Origin: Hypanus sabinus
Lineage: Eukaryota
DNA length: 64,000 nucleotides
Reading direction: 5' to 3'
Assembly: GCF_030144855.1 (NCBI RefSeq)
Contig: NC_082709.1
Coordinates: 27,590,001 to 27,654,000 of the forward strand
This document shows, piece after piece, positions 1 to 12,264 of this stretch (its first letter is position 1; each line of letters starts with the position of its first letter). A program made the position numbers and the translations under genes. The notes beneath the pieces were generated by a model that saw only the letters and a list, made by a program, of their open reading frames with translations, had not been told where the DNA came from and ran no database searches.

Positions 1-419
1 GATAAATTTTCTAGCATTCCTGTTGCCCAGACCAACATGAAATCAAAAAGCAAAAACTTGCTGAATTCTGAAATAGAAACAGAAAATGATGGAAATATTC
101 AGGAAGTCAGACAGTGTTGAAGAATGAAACAGTTAACAATTCAGTTCACTGACCTATGAAAAAAGTTAATTTTCATTAAAAGTTAAATATCTGAAGAATA
201 TCCCGGATCTACTAATACCTTCTGCATTTAGGAATCCCTGCGGGATCCATTAAACGTGAACTCAAAGTCACAAGATGTCAAAAGTACCACCTCAAAACAT
301 AAACCAGTTTTATACATGCAAAAGCACATTAAAAATATGGCAGATGTAAGGGAAAACAATGGAACAATGGGGCAGAACAGGGGGAGAGGTTTGGGGTGGG
401 GGGGGGGGGGGGAAATTGA

Positions 420-1460
420 TGTCCATGCCATCAGGTTAAAGACTACCAGGGTAGAGCACAAGGTGATATTCCCCTAATCTGCATCTGGCCTCAACTTGAC
501 AGTAGAGGAAATTGCATCAGTCATATTAGTGTGGGAATGGGAAGTGGAAACAGGGCAAAGATGCTTGAAGAAGTCATCCCTCAATCTGTGCTTGTTCTCA
601 CTGATATAGAGGAGGCTGCACTGGAGCATCAGATGAAGTAAATGTTACCGATGGATTCACAAATGAAGGACTGTCTAAATGGGGAAAGACCATTTAGGGG
701 ACTGATTGGGGGCCAGGGAGGAGGTGCAAGGGCAGCAGTAACACTTAACACAGTTTCAGGTCTAAGTGCCTGGAGAGAGAAATTGGTGGAAGGGATGAGC
801 AGACAAATGAGTCATGGGGAGTGTACTCCTGCAGAAAGTGCAGATAAGGAAGAGGAAGATATGCTTGGGGGATGGATTCGAGTTCAAAATAACAGAAGTA
901 GTGGAGAATAATATGTGGGTACAGAGGCCCGAGGAACAGTGGGTGAAGACAAGGGGAATTCCATTCCTGTTATGTCTGGATACAAAGGACACTGAAGGTG
1001 GCGTGAAATGGAAAGTGATTCCAATGAGGCCCCCATACCCCTTCTCTTACCCCTTCCCTGCCTTCTCAATCTGCCCATCACTCACACATTACTCCAGCCA
1101 GTTCCTCTCCTCACCTTCTTCCCTTTATTTGATGATCCACTGTCCTCTTCTGTGGAATTTCATCCTCTACAGCCCTCTGTCACTTTCACATATCATTTCC
1201 AAGCTTCTTACTTCATTCCTACCTCCCACAACTGCTTATCTTCCCCTTCCTGCCTGGATTCACCCATTACCAACTAGCATTTGGCCCATCTTCACCCCCA
1301 AACCACTTATACTGGCTCCACTTTCTTTCCAGTTCAAAGAAGAGTCCTCAACCCAAAATATCCACTGTCTATTTCCCTCCATAGATGCTGTCTGAGGCAC
1401 CGAGTTCCTCTAGCATTTTGTGTGTCACTGCAGATTTCCAGCATCTGCAGTGATTCTGGT
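420..1460. mobile_element. Degenerate Penelope-like retroelement fragment (GIY-YIG-side region on the minus strand, then pyrimidine-rich 3' region and pLTR tail on the plus strand)
   Basis: Resembles the better-preserved copy at 51912-53830; ends in the ...ATAGATGCTG...GAGTTCCTCTAGCATTTTGTGTGT...CCAGCATCTGCAG tail; boundaries approximate. Confidence 0.65.
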
Positions 1461-3309
1461 CTCCTGATATACACAACCTTCTCCTTAACCTATCCATTCC
1501 CAATTTAAGAATTTTTCCTATTTTGGATTATTCCTAATTCAATATAGTAAAGTGATGCAAGCTGTTGCAAATACCAAAAGTGTCAAGAATAATTGGCACA
1601 ACAAATGCATTTAATTGGTCATTTTAACTGCACTTAACTGCACAAAACAATCAGCATTTTAATAGCTGCAGAAAACACACATCTTGTATTTAATATATTT
1701 TTTGCCAACTATTAAGCTTATAGTTTGAAATAATTTAAGAAACAGTAATTTAAAGCAGTAATTAGAATTTGGAAGAACGTAGAAGGTTAATTAGCACTGT
1801 GTTTTCAGGTTAGTCATGGGAACTGATAGAGTATTGAGGAACAATTTTTGTTGGGATTAATGAACATAATCTAAATATGCAAGCCTTTCATATCTGAAAT
1901 TAGGAAACATTTCAAAATATTAAGTGTGATACAAATGTTTAAACTCTTCTGCAAATATTACTTGAGTCAATTGTTAATTTAAAATCTAAGTCTATTTCAT
2001 GTTTGCTAATGAAAAGTAGGAAAGGTTATAGGTTCAATGCAGGCCAATGGAATTGGGTTACGGGTCAGCAATGATCTCAAAGAACATACTCTATCGTATA
2101 GGAGTAAAGTCATAAGAAAGCAAGCATTCTGGTTAATTATCCATCAGTAAATCACTATAGGTTTTTAACAAAATTTAACATTTTGCTTTTCAAAATGTAC
2201 CACCACTATATGCTGTCTTTTCTGTCTCTTTTCTGTCTCCCTTCGTTTCCTTTCCATCACCACATGTGATTTATCAAGTAATTCTCCTTTAAAGCAAGAG
2301 ATTTCCTGGGCTTTTCTTTCTCCCATTTCAAACCTTCGAAACCTCCATTCGTTAGTCCAACCCAATAGTTGGATTTTAAAATATACATTATATTTTCCTT
2401 TAGGTACTGCATTTGGTGCTTGCATCCAGCCCTCTTGTTATATTAGTTTGCCTCAAAGGCAGCAAAAATATTTTTAATTCTTCAAAACTCTCATGATCTC
2501 CAGTAGTTATAATTTAAAGGATCATTGCACCTAATGTCTTAAGCTATTGTCCTTGCTTTTTCATAAATATTATTAAATTCCACTACCTATTTAGAACTTA
2601 AACTGCAGTTTCTATATTGTTGCACCAAATTTACTTCTTTTCATATATGCTTTTCTCTTCAAAGCAGAAACCAAGTTCACATATATATATATATAGATTC
2701 CAATATTGTTCCTATATTCAGAGAATTTTTATGACCTTTCCTACACACTCTTTACTTTGTATTATGTTACTTGCTCATTGTTGTGCCAAAGTGCTTTTCC
2801 TTGCTTAATTACAAATATGTTCCTTACTTCTCTTCTATTTCACTGCTTCCTCTTCATAACCATTCTCTGCAGTTTCTCCGCCTTCTTTAACAAACGGAAT
2901 CCCCTGCATTTGCTTCCTTCTACTATTTACATAATTTTAGATACTACTCTAGGTATCACAACGTACCTTTTCCCTAGTCTTCTTTAAGTTTAGCCTATAA
3001 AAAATCTCAGCAATGAAACATTTAGTTTACAGAATGAAATATCTCCACGTTAAAAATACACTTCATGAAGCAAGAAATAAATACCAGGGGCCCTACTGTT
3101 TTCCTCATGTACCCAATCTAGCTACATCATTATCAGCAATCATTTCGTTTTGAGCGGAGCAGTTAAGCACGATAATAAACTTAGATGTAACCTAAAAGGC
3201 TATAACATCACTGGGTAGGCTGCTGTAGTGTTACTGAAGAGGGGTACTAGCTGCCTGTTGTGAAATGGGGTATAGGCCAGACTGTCAATATCGTAGACCA
3301 TTCAACTCA

Positions 3310-3970
3310 TACAAACGTGTCCGCCACGATCAAAAATCAGACCAAGGTCACTCCCTGCTGATCAAAACTGGGTACTTAGAAATTGTGTGTAACACTTGAT
3401 TCGCAGAATGGAATGAGCTCGATCACGAACCCGATGCAGTTGAGAGCATCACGATCCCACCCCAGGACACGACGGCCGGGGAGCGTCGCCATATTAACGA
3501 ATAAGGTCTGCGAACACACCCACCCGCAAAACACCCGAGCGCCACCGACACGACCGCCACCTGAATTAATCCCCAAAATAAACGGCATTCCGATCATTTC
3601 CGCCAGCAGAACAAGCCATCACAATCTCCGTTTAACGTTGTTTACAAACTTACCACAGGGGCTAATTCCCACTCAGTAACAGTCGTGCGAGATCGGGCCA
3701 GAAATCGCGAGGCTCGGCGCCCTGCGTCACGGCGGCCACGTGACGGCGGCAGCGGCCGGCGCCTCTGCGCAAACTCCGCTCTTGCTGTTTTTTTAAGTGT
3801 CGGTCCCACTGTTTCAAGCTAGGGTGGATTACCGTCCGTGCGCGGAAAGCAGAGGTGGAGACGGAAATTCAACACGAATTGATGTATTAATATAATGTAC
3901 TAATTCGCGCCGGCCTTAAGTGGCACTCTCAGTGGGGAACCTGGCGAGAAAGAGCGGATACAGAAGTCGG
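3310..3970 (-). promoter_or_regulatory. CpG-island promoter with a non-coding first exon ending at a GT donor (exon 3' end 3654); gene runs off the left edge, probably ATF2/ATF7/CREB5 family by synteny
   Basis: Sharp CpG/GC enrichment; minus-strand TGTG|GTAAGT donor at 3654/3653; TCGCGA core 3705-3710, CRE-like TGCGTCA 3723-3729, E-box CACGTG 3737-3742. Gene identity is inference only, since no coding exon was seen. Confidence 0.6.
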
Positions 3971-4669
3971 GAGTAGGCAGCTTGCTGAGGGATTGGTTAA
4001 TGGGGTTAATATTTGTCGTGTGTGTGTGTGTGATTTGGGAAAAGTAGTAACAGACGAAAGGAAGGAAGTTGAGATCGGCACTCACGGGAATAAAATTTTC
4101 GATCACCTTGCATATGGGTCAGGAAGTTGAGTGGTCTGCAGGGTCACTTCAGTGGGAAAAGAGAAATGAAAGGTGCGTTTAAAATGATGGCAGTTATGAA
4201 TTTTGTAGTGTTCTGATTTCAAAAGACATTCTTCCTTGGAAGAACTCAACTGGTCAAGCAGCGTCTGTCAAGGGTTTCGATTCGAGACCCTGCAGCACAA
4301 TCCAGGTGCTTGACATACTGAGTTCCACAAGTTTTTTTTCCCCCCACTCGGTACTCACGCACCTACAGTCTGTCTTCATTATCTTATCTGATATGTGAGA
4401 CTGAATTTTGCGGTGATACTTCAGTTTACTGGTTTAGTCCAATTACACTAAACCAAGAGACACCTTTCAGAATCAATTATTTTCTTCTACTCTGTGCTGA
4501 TTGATTTGTTGGAGTAGGCATTACTCTGCCCAAATTTATGTTTTGACAGGCAAAATGTAAATTGACCCTTGGCCAAAGGAACTTTCTGAACCTTTTCCCT
4601 TATTAACTCAGCTCCACATTTGAAGTGACATCAACCTGCTTTCCTTTGCAGTTCTATCTAAACTATTTG

Positions 4670-5150
4670 GAATACAGTGTTCCATTCTGGTTGCTACATT
4701 GCAGTAAGGATGTGGATACTTTGGAGGGAGAAGAGGGTCACCAGGATGTTGCCTAGATTAGAAAGTATTAGATATTAAATGGACATTCTTGGATTGTTTT
4801 CTTTGGAGGTAGGCGGCTGAGGGGCAAACTGATAGAACTACAGTATGTAAAATTGAGGTGCATGGATAGGATGGATGGTGAATCTCTTTACCAGGACGAA
4901 AATGTAAAATACATCTTAAAGGTTTAAGATGAAAAGAGCAAATTGTGATGGAGATGTGAGGCTTTTTTCTAAAAACAAAACAGGATTGTAGGTGTCCAGA
5001 ACACACTACCAGGATAAGTGGTAGAAACAGATAAGATAGCATTGTTTAAGCAGCATTTAGACAAATATGTGAACAGGCAATACAGGGATATAGGGTGAGT
5101 TCAGATTGGCATTGTGAGCTGAAGGGTTTGTTCCTGTGCTCTCTTGTTCT
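4670..5150 (+). mobile_element. Old CR1 LINE 3' fragment
   Basis: Decayed similarity to CR1 RT C-terminal region (YSVPFW..., RRLRG.LIE) and 3' UTR. Confidence 0.65.
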
Positions 5151-5531
5151 ATCTGACATGTTATCCATTTCTGGTGACATCTGATTACTTCATCTTTTTG
5201 GTATAGTTTTTATTTCTTGATGCTTTTGCAATACATTTGGGTACTTGAGCACAAACCCTATTACGACACACTCCACCTTTCTCACAGGTATTTTTGAACA
5301 TCTTTATGGAAAATCCATCTTCTTGATTTTTGCATTAAATTTGGTTTCTAATGGTTGAAACCTTACCTCCTCCCCTTGCATAAGATCTTAAAATAATAAT
5401 CTGTACAGATAAAACAAAGGAGGAAGTTGAAAGCTGGTAAGTAATTTGCACTGTACGGTATTTTTAAATGCAAAGCCATGGAAATTTAAGAATGGTGGTC
5501 CTAATACTATTCTCTAAGATCTAACAATCTT

Positions 5532-6000
5532 ACATAGAACATAGAATAGTACAGGCTATTCAGCTCACAACGTTGTGCTGACCCCTAAACCCTTCCTGTC
5601 ATATAACCCCCCACCTTAAGTTTCTCCATATACCCGTCTAGTATTCTCTTAAATTTCACTAGTGTATCTGCCTCCACCACTGACTCAGGCAGTGCATTCC
5701 ACGCACCAATCACTCTGAGTAAAAAACCTTCCTCTAATATCCCCTTTGAACTTCCCACCCCTTACCTTAAAGCCACATCCTCCTGTATTGAGCAGTGGTG
5801 CCCTGCGGAAGAGGCGCTGGCTGTCCACTCTGTCTATTCCTCTTAATATCTTGTACACATCTATCATGTCTCCTCTCATCCTCCTCCTCTCCAAAGAGTA
5901 AAGCCCTAGCTCCCTTAATCTCTGATCATAATGCATACTCTCTAAACCATGCAGCATCCTGGTAAATCTCCTCTGTACCCTTTCCAATGCTTCCACATCC
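5532..6000 (-). mobile_element. CR1 LINE 3' end
   Basis: ORF 5685-6080 contains ALERVQRRFTRML...LGLYSLERRRMRGDMI...RGRFFTQ, the typical CR1 ORF2 C-terminus; CATAGAA-repeat tail at 5532. Confidence 0.85.
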
Positions 6001-6324
6001 CTTGACTTATGAATACTAACACCCCATACTACCCTATCTTCATTCATGCAGTGAGCTTTTGTAAGTGCCTCACCTTCCAAATGTTTTTAGATTAGATTAG
6101 ATTCAACTTTATTGTCATTGTGCCAAGTAGATACAAAGCCAATGAAATGCAGTTAGCATCTAACCAGAAATGCAAAGAATAGTGTATTTTACAAAATAAC
6201 TGTGAATGAACACCTTAGTTCACTAGAGTTCACCTGGAATCTCACTTCTTCAAAACAAAGAAATTCAGAGTCTCATTTTAAATCTATACTAACAATCATT
6301 GTACCTTCAATTTGCTTCATTAAA

Positions 6325-6560
6325 GAATGCTGAACACACACACACAGAATGCTGGAGGAACTCAGCAGGTCAGGCAGCATCTATGGAAAAAAAAGTACAA
6401 TTGACATTTTGGGCTGAGATCCTTCCACAGGACTGCAGGAAGGGTCTCAGCCCAAAATATTGACTACTTTTTCAATAGATGCTGCCTGGCCTGCTGAGTT
6501 CCTCCAGTATTTTGTGTGTTTTTCTTGGATTTCCAGCATCTGCAGATTTCCCCTTGTTTG
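6325..6560. mobile_element. Penelope-derived palindromic (inverted pLTR) element with 13-bp TSD
   Basis: Inverted arms TGCTGGAGGAACTCAGCAGG...GCATCTAT / ATAGATGC...CCTGCTGAGTTCCTCCAG; TSD TTGCTTCATTAAA at 6312-6324 and 6561-6573. Confidence 0.8.
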
Positions 6561-6660
6561 TTGCTTCATTAAATAAAGTTATTTTACACATCCATAGTAA
6601 TCATCTAATATGTTATGCACTTGCACTCTCAGGCAGGAAAAAGTTTTACTAGTATATGGA

Positions 6661-6666
6661 TTTATT
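6661..6666 (-). terminator. Candidate polyadenylation signal (AATAAA) of ATP5MC
   Basis: TTTATT on the plus strand, about 115 nt downstream of the stop codon. Confidence 0.55.
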
Positions 6667-6779
6667 GAAACATGATTACAGATTTGAAGCATATACTTTA
6701 TGAACTCCAACATCAATGATAGCCAATGAAATAATTACATTTGCACATATTTAGACCATTCTTCCCATTCAATAAAATT

Positions 6780-6894
6780 TTACATAGCAAATAAAATGAG
6801 AAAAGCGACCATTAAACAGAAGAGTCCCATAGCTTCAGATAGGGCAAATCCAAGGATAGCATACGAGAACAACTGCTGTTTCAGAGAAGGATTT
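6780..6894 (-). CDS. ATP5MC: ATP synthase F0 subunit c, last coding exon: (R)[37 protein letters not shown]
   Basis: Manual translation; polypyrimidine tract + AG acceptor at 6896-6895; 115 nt, phase matches the upstream exon; TAA at 6782-6780. Confidence 0.97.
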
Positions 6895-7499
6895 CTAGAG
6901 AAAAAAAGCAAAAAAAAATTAACATTCTAATGTCTAATAATCTCAATTCAACACTAATTGAAAATAGCAAAATTACAGTTTATTTATTTTGGGCTGCCAA
7001 TGATCACATTAAAACCATATTAAAAAGATGTCAGGATATTATTTCAGGAAGTTGGACAAAAGGAGAGTCTCAAATTCAGATATCCTATTATGATTTTAGC
7101 CTGTTTTCATATATTCAATTGTACAAAACCATAATATTAACAAAATATGTAGCCCCAAGACCCAAGAAATTATATGGAAAGCTTGAGAGTCAGACTTAAC
7201 AAAATAACTAGTTTTTATTAGTAATCAGTCCCCAAAAAAAGACTACCTCACTTGTGTCTACATTAAAATAGATGATGGTTTTACCCATGCTGCTATTTCA
7301 ATAATGGGAGTGATCAAAAGAGTACATACCTTGAAATTCCCATTAATAAACTGTGTTTGTATAAAACACCTTGAAATAAAATGTGTAGATTTTCCTTAAA
7401 GGGAAGTTAAATGTAACACAAGTATTTTATTTTGAACAAAATTTTATAATCAGAAGGGACTTCATGTAATACACATTTATGGTTTGCTAGCACATTACA

Positions 7500-8090
7500 G
7501 TTAGACAGGGCTGTGAAGAAGACATTTGGCACCCTGATTATCATGGCATTCGGGGATAGGATGTTACGTTGCAGTGTACAGAATGTCGGTCGAGTATTGT
7601 TTACAATTTTGGTCACCCTGTTACAGGAAAGACATTATTAAGTTGGAAAGAGGGCAGAGAAGATTAAAGAGGATGCTGCTAGGACTTGAGGCACTGAGTT
7701 ATAGGGAAAGATTGGACAGGTTCAGACTTCATTCCTTGGTACATAGGAGATTGAAAGGTGACCTTATGGAGGTATATAAAATAATTAAGTGTAGATCAGG
7801 TAATGGCATATTGTCTTTTTTCCAGAGAAGTGGAACTAAAAATAGAAGGCATAGGTTTAAGGTAAGAGGTGAAGGATTTAGAAGGGACCACGGCAGTGCA
7901 TGAATGGAATGATTTGCCAGAGAAAGTGGTTGAGGCAGAAAAAGTAATATTTGAAAGTCATTTACGTAAGTACATGGATAGCAGATATAGGGCTATAGGT
8001 CAAATGTAGGCAAATGAGACAGGCTTAATGAACACCATGATTGGCACGGATGAGCTGGGTTGAAGGATATTACTTTCCCAGCTTGCACTG
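7500..8090 (+). mobile_element. CR1 LINE 3' fragment
   Basis: ORF 7574-7903 EYCLQFWSPCYRKDIIKLERGQRR...RRLKGDLMEVYKII. Confidence 0.8.
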
Positions 8091-9199
8091 TGACTTTTCC
8101 TCTAAATGAACAATTTGCTTCGGGCTGTGGAGAAAAAGAGTTGATAGTTGAATATGAAGGCAGAAAAACGGAGTGGAGTGGAGCACATGAACAATGGGAA
8201 ATGATTTTGGAAATGAAACCGGTTTTGCAAGAATGGAGGCTTATAGGACTGGATTTAAAGTGATTGAAAAAAAATGGCTATTAAATGTCAGAATGAGAAT
8301 TATAGAAAATGAAAAGTGAAAAATGTACATTTGGATGAAAGAAAAGATGATGAAAGGTGTTCAGATTTTCACTTTTAGTTCATTAATCTTTTAATATGCC
8401 AGCAGAACATGCCAGTGCAGTTGATTAGGAGGTGGCGACTGTTTGGCTTCATTCAGCCCCATTCAGTTTTTTTTTTAAGTTAATTGGAAAAAGAAGTATT
8501 CTCAATAATTTATACTTCTTCTATAGTATATATTTGGATGAGTGAGGATAGCTTTCACAGCTCGTTGTCTCCAATTGCCCTTCAAATATTTCATCATTCC
8601 TATGATATAAAGCCTTTTAAAAAAAATCTTCAATAAATGCATTTGTCATTTGCCAGCTGATTTATTAGAGGAGTGAGATATATTTTCCATTCATTCAATA
8701 AATTATGCTACAAATATTTATTATGCTTTTGCATTCTTAAAATAACATTCATATTGATTAATATAACATGGAATTTTGAGGTCACTGTGTCAGAAGATCA
8801 TCAGATGAATCAATGTAAAAATCAACCTGTGAAAATGATCACCTTATTTTCATGTTACTGGTCTTCAGTTACATGTAAATCATTTTCATATCTTTAATTT
8901 CTACATATTTTACCTTCTTTTTTTCCTTGTTCTGACGTATTAGTGCTGTATCTTGGATTTGGTGATTATCTTCAGAATACAAGATCACTAAGACTAAAAG
9001 ATTATATGATGCCTACTTGAAATTTTAAAAAGTCAACAGATTGTGAGTGGAAGCTGTAAGCTCTGTTCTATGTTGATGCTTTGAGAGAGTGCATGAAGAA
9101 TGAATTGACCAATAACAGAAATGATGAATTTGATAGCTTCCATAATTTTTCTCGTGACAACAAAAGTGACCATTCAACCAATCAATCAAGTCAATGCCA

Positions 9200-12100
9200 G
9201 AACTTAAGAGCACTCCTATTTCTCCCACTCTGTCCTACACAAGTCATTTCAGCTGGAGGGATACAAAAGTACTATTTTATCTGCTGAGGATGTTTTCTGC
9301 CATCATCCTGGTAGCGATATACATTCCATCTCAGGCCAACATCAAGCAGGCGCTGAAAGAGCTAAGCAACATAATCAGTAGGCACAAAACTGCGCACTCT
9401 AATGCCTTCCCCATCATTTCAACCAGGCCAGCTTGAAAAAGTCTCTGAACGACTACAACCAACATCTCACCTGTGGAACCAGAAGAGATAACACCTGACC
9501 ATTGTTGCACTACCAACAAGAATGCTTACCGTGCCATCCCATGCCCACATTTTGGAAAGTCTAATCATCTGGTTGTACTTCTATTCCCAGTGTATAGAGC
9601 AGGGTCAACCTTTTAGCCTCTGTGGGCTGGATCGTGTATTAATGAGGAGACGGTGAGCCAGATAAATGCCATAAAAAACTTGAATTATGGGAATTATCCA
9701 TTTAAATACACTTAGTTATGTTTTGCCTCAAATTAATAACGCAAGCTAGAAAATCATTGTGCTTGACCAAGGATGCCAATTAGTAATCAAAGAACTCAGT
9801 TTAGTTGCAATTTATTTCAATCAAGGCATCTTGAGTCTATTAAAAGGACACGAAGTATCTTTAAACATAAAGCATATGAACTTGATGCATTGAATGGTGG
9901 TAAATTAAGTATAATAAAAAAGAGAATTTTAATGCAAACAGTCGATAAATCAATATGAAACTTGATGCTGTTTGTTGCTTGAAAGCTTCTCAATATTGGG
10001 TGTCAGACTTGTTGATGCCAAGAGCAGGCCATTATCCAGATGGGCATCAGTCAATCTTGTTCTCAAATGGTTCTTGCTGTGCTTCATTTTTGAAAATAAT
10101 TGCTCACACAGTACTGCCAAACAATGATGCCATCTTTTTTGCATGGTCTACTAAGTTAGTGTACTTCCCACTTGGATGAATATATTTTCTATAGACTTCA
10201 AGCACTGACACATTTTCAGAATGAAATTTCGGTCTCAATATGTCATCACACTGCATCTCAACCAAATCCATTTGAAAAATTTCTAATGCAGTGTCCACTT
10301 CTACATCAAATGGAGTAGCAAATAGCTTGAACTCATTTGCATGCAAGTGAAAATCAGCAAAACGAGATGAAAACTCTTTTCTCAATTCTTGAACAATAAT
10401 TCACAAAAATGCCTGGATCTTGTACTTTACATTTTTGAAGAGTGGGTTTCCCAGCCTGCTCAATGAAGTAATCTAGTGTCCAAGTGTCTTGGAAAATTTG
10501 GCACTCAGTGTCCACCTTCCTGCATTTTGCATTCATTGCCATTGGAATTTTTTCTTCGATTTTATTTCAAAACGCGAGTTATTCAACAAGTATTGTAGCA
10601 GATATAAATATCTGGACATGTCTGGATTTCTTGTTAAAACAGTGACACTGTTTCTGTTTACAAATTTGAATGATCCCATCTGAAAACCTGCGCGTCCACA
10701 GAGAATATCTAATAGATAATAAGGTAGTTTGCCTTCCCGTCATACGTATATACCAGTGTTTGGTTTGGAACAGAACTTGGGGCCAGTGTAACCAGATGCC
10801 ATGCATGTCCACCAGTGTGGTCGCGTGAAACACTCAGAACAAGGGGGAAAAAATTATATTTTTAAAAAATTGCTCGTGGGCCACATAAGCATAGTATCCC
10901 AATAGTTGCTCATGGGCCTTAGGTTGCCTACCCCTGGTATAGAGAGAGCCTAAAGATGGCAGCACCAGTGGTGAGGACCAACGTACGTTCAAGGGAGAGA
11001 GAGAAGTGCTTACGGGACTGCTTGAGTCAGTGGTCTGTGCAATATTCAGGGATTCACTGGTGTCTGAAAGAATACACCACAGTTATCACTGACTTCATCA
11101 AAACCTATGTAGATGAGTCTTTGTCTTCAAGAACACACCAGATATATCCAAACCAAAAGCCGTGGATGAACCAGAAGATTCCTGGTCTATGGCATTCAAG
11201 ACCGGTGATCCAGAACTTTACGAGGTCCAGATACCACCTATGGAAGGCTATTTTAAGGGTGAATAAACAATCCTGATTGAATTTAGAGACAGAATCGGAT
11301 GCATGTCAGCTCTGGCAGGGTTTGTAGGCCATTTACTTCCTGCAAAGCAAAACCTAACCATGAATAGCCATGATGCTTCACTCCCAGATGAGCTCAATGC
11401 ATTTTATGCATGCTTTGAATGGGAGAATAAAACCACACCCGTGCAAATCCCTGCGGCATCTGGTGACCCTGGTGATATCGGTCCCAGAAGGAAATGTCAG
11501 AACAGCTTTCAAGAGGATGAACCCTCACAAGGTGTCAGACCCTGATGGTATGCCTGGTAGGGCTCTGAAAACCTGTGCCAAACAACTGGTGAAAGTGTTC
11601 AAGGCCATTTTCAATCTTTCACTGCTGCAGTAATAGGTTCTCACCTATTTCAAAAGGGCAACAATCATACCAGCACCCAAGGAGTGCAGGGTGAGCTGCC
11701 TCAATGACTATCACCCAGTGCACTAGCTTCTACTGTGATGAAGTGTTTTGAGAGTTGGTCATGGCCAGAAACAACTCCTGCTGAAGCAAAATCCTTGATC
11801 CACTGCAATTCTCCTATTCCCTCATTAGGTCTACAGTGAATGGGATCTCACAGGCTCTCCACTTGGCCTTGCATCACCTGGACAATAATAATACCCATGT
11901 CAGGCTGCTGATTATTGACTACTGCTCAACATTTAATACAATTACACTCAGTTCTAATGAACAAGCTCTAAAATTGACCATCTGTCCCTCCCCCTCTGCA
12001 AATGGATCCTTGACCGACATACCAGGCAACCATAGTCTGTATAACACCTCTTCCTCACTGACAATCAACACTGGCGTTCCTCAAGAATGCATGACTAGTC

Positions 12101-12262
12101 CAATGCTCTACCCTTTCTACACCAACAATTTGTAGCTAAGCACAGCTTAAATACCATCTATAAATTTGCTGACAAAGAAGCAAAATAGATCAGCTGCTTG
12201 AATGGCATTGCAGCAACAACTTTCCACTCAATGTCAGTAAGATCAAGGAATTAATTGTGAAC
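9200..12262 (+). mobile_element. Rex1/Babar-type non-LTR retrotransposon remnant, interrupted by a hAT element
   Basis: Fragments VAIYIPSQAN, YPNQKPWMN, LPDELNAFYACFE, VFKAIFNLSL, VRLLIIDYCSTFNTI, TGVPQEC. Confidence 0.8.
9600..10936 (-). mobile_element. Internally deleted hAT DNA transposon (Charlie/SPIN/GTF2IRD2-like transposase remnants)
   Basis: Perfect 8-bp TSD GTATAGAG (9592-9599, 10937-10944); ends CAGGGTCAACC / GGTTGCCTACCCCTG; N-terminal KCRKVDTECQIFQDTWTLDYF and C-terminal RFADF...LFATPF...SLFGST..CEQLFSKMK..K..LRTRLTDAHL. Confidence 0.88.
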
Positions 12263-12264
12263 AG

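Noticed and set aside
814-1395. 193-aa ORF
   Set aside because: Spans a junction inside a decayed Penelope element; low-complexity, no recognisable domain
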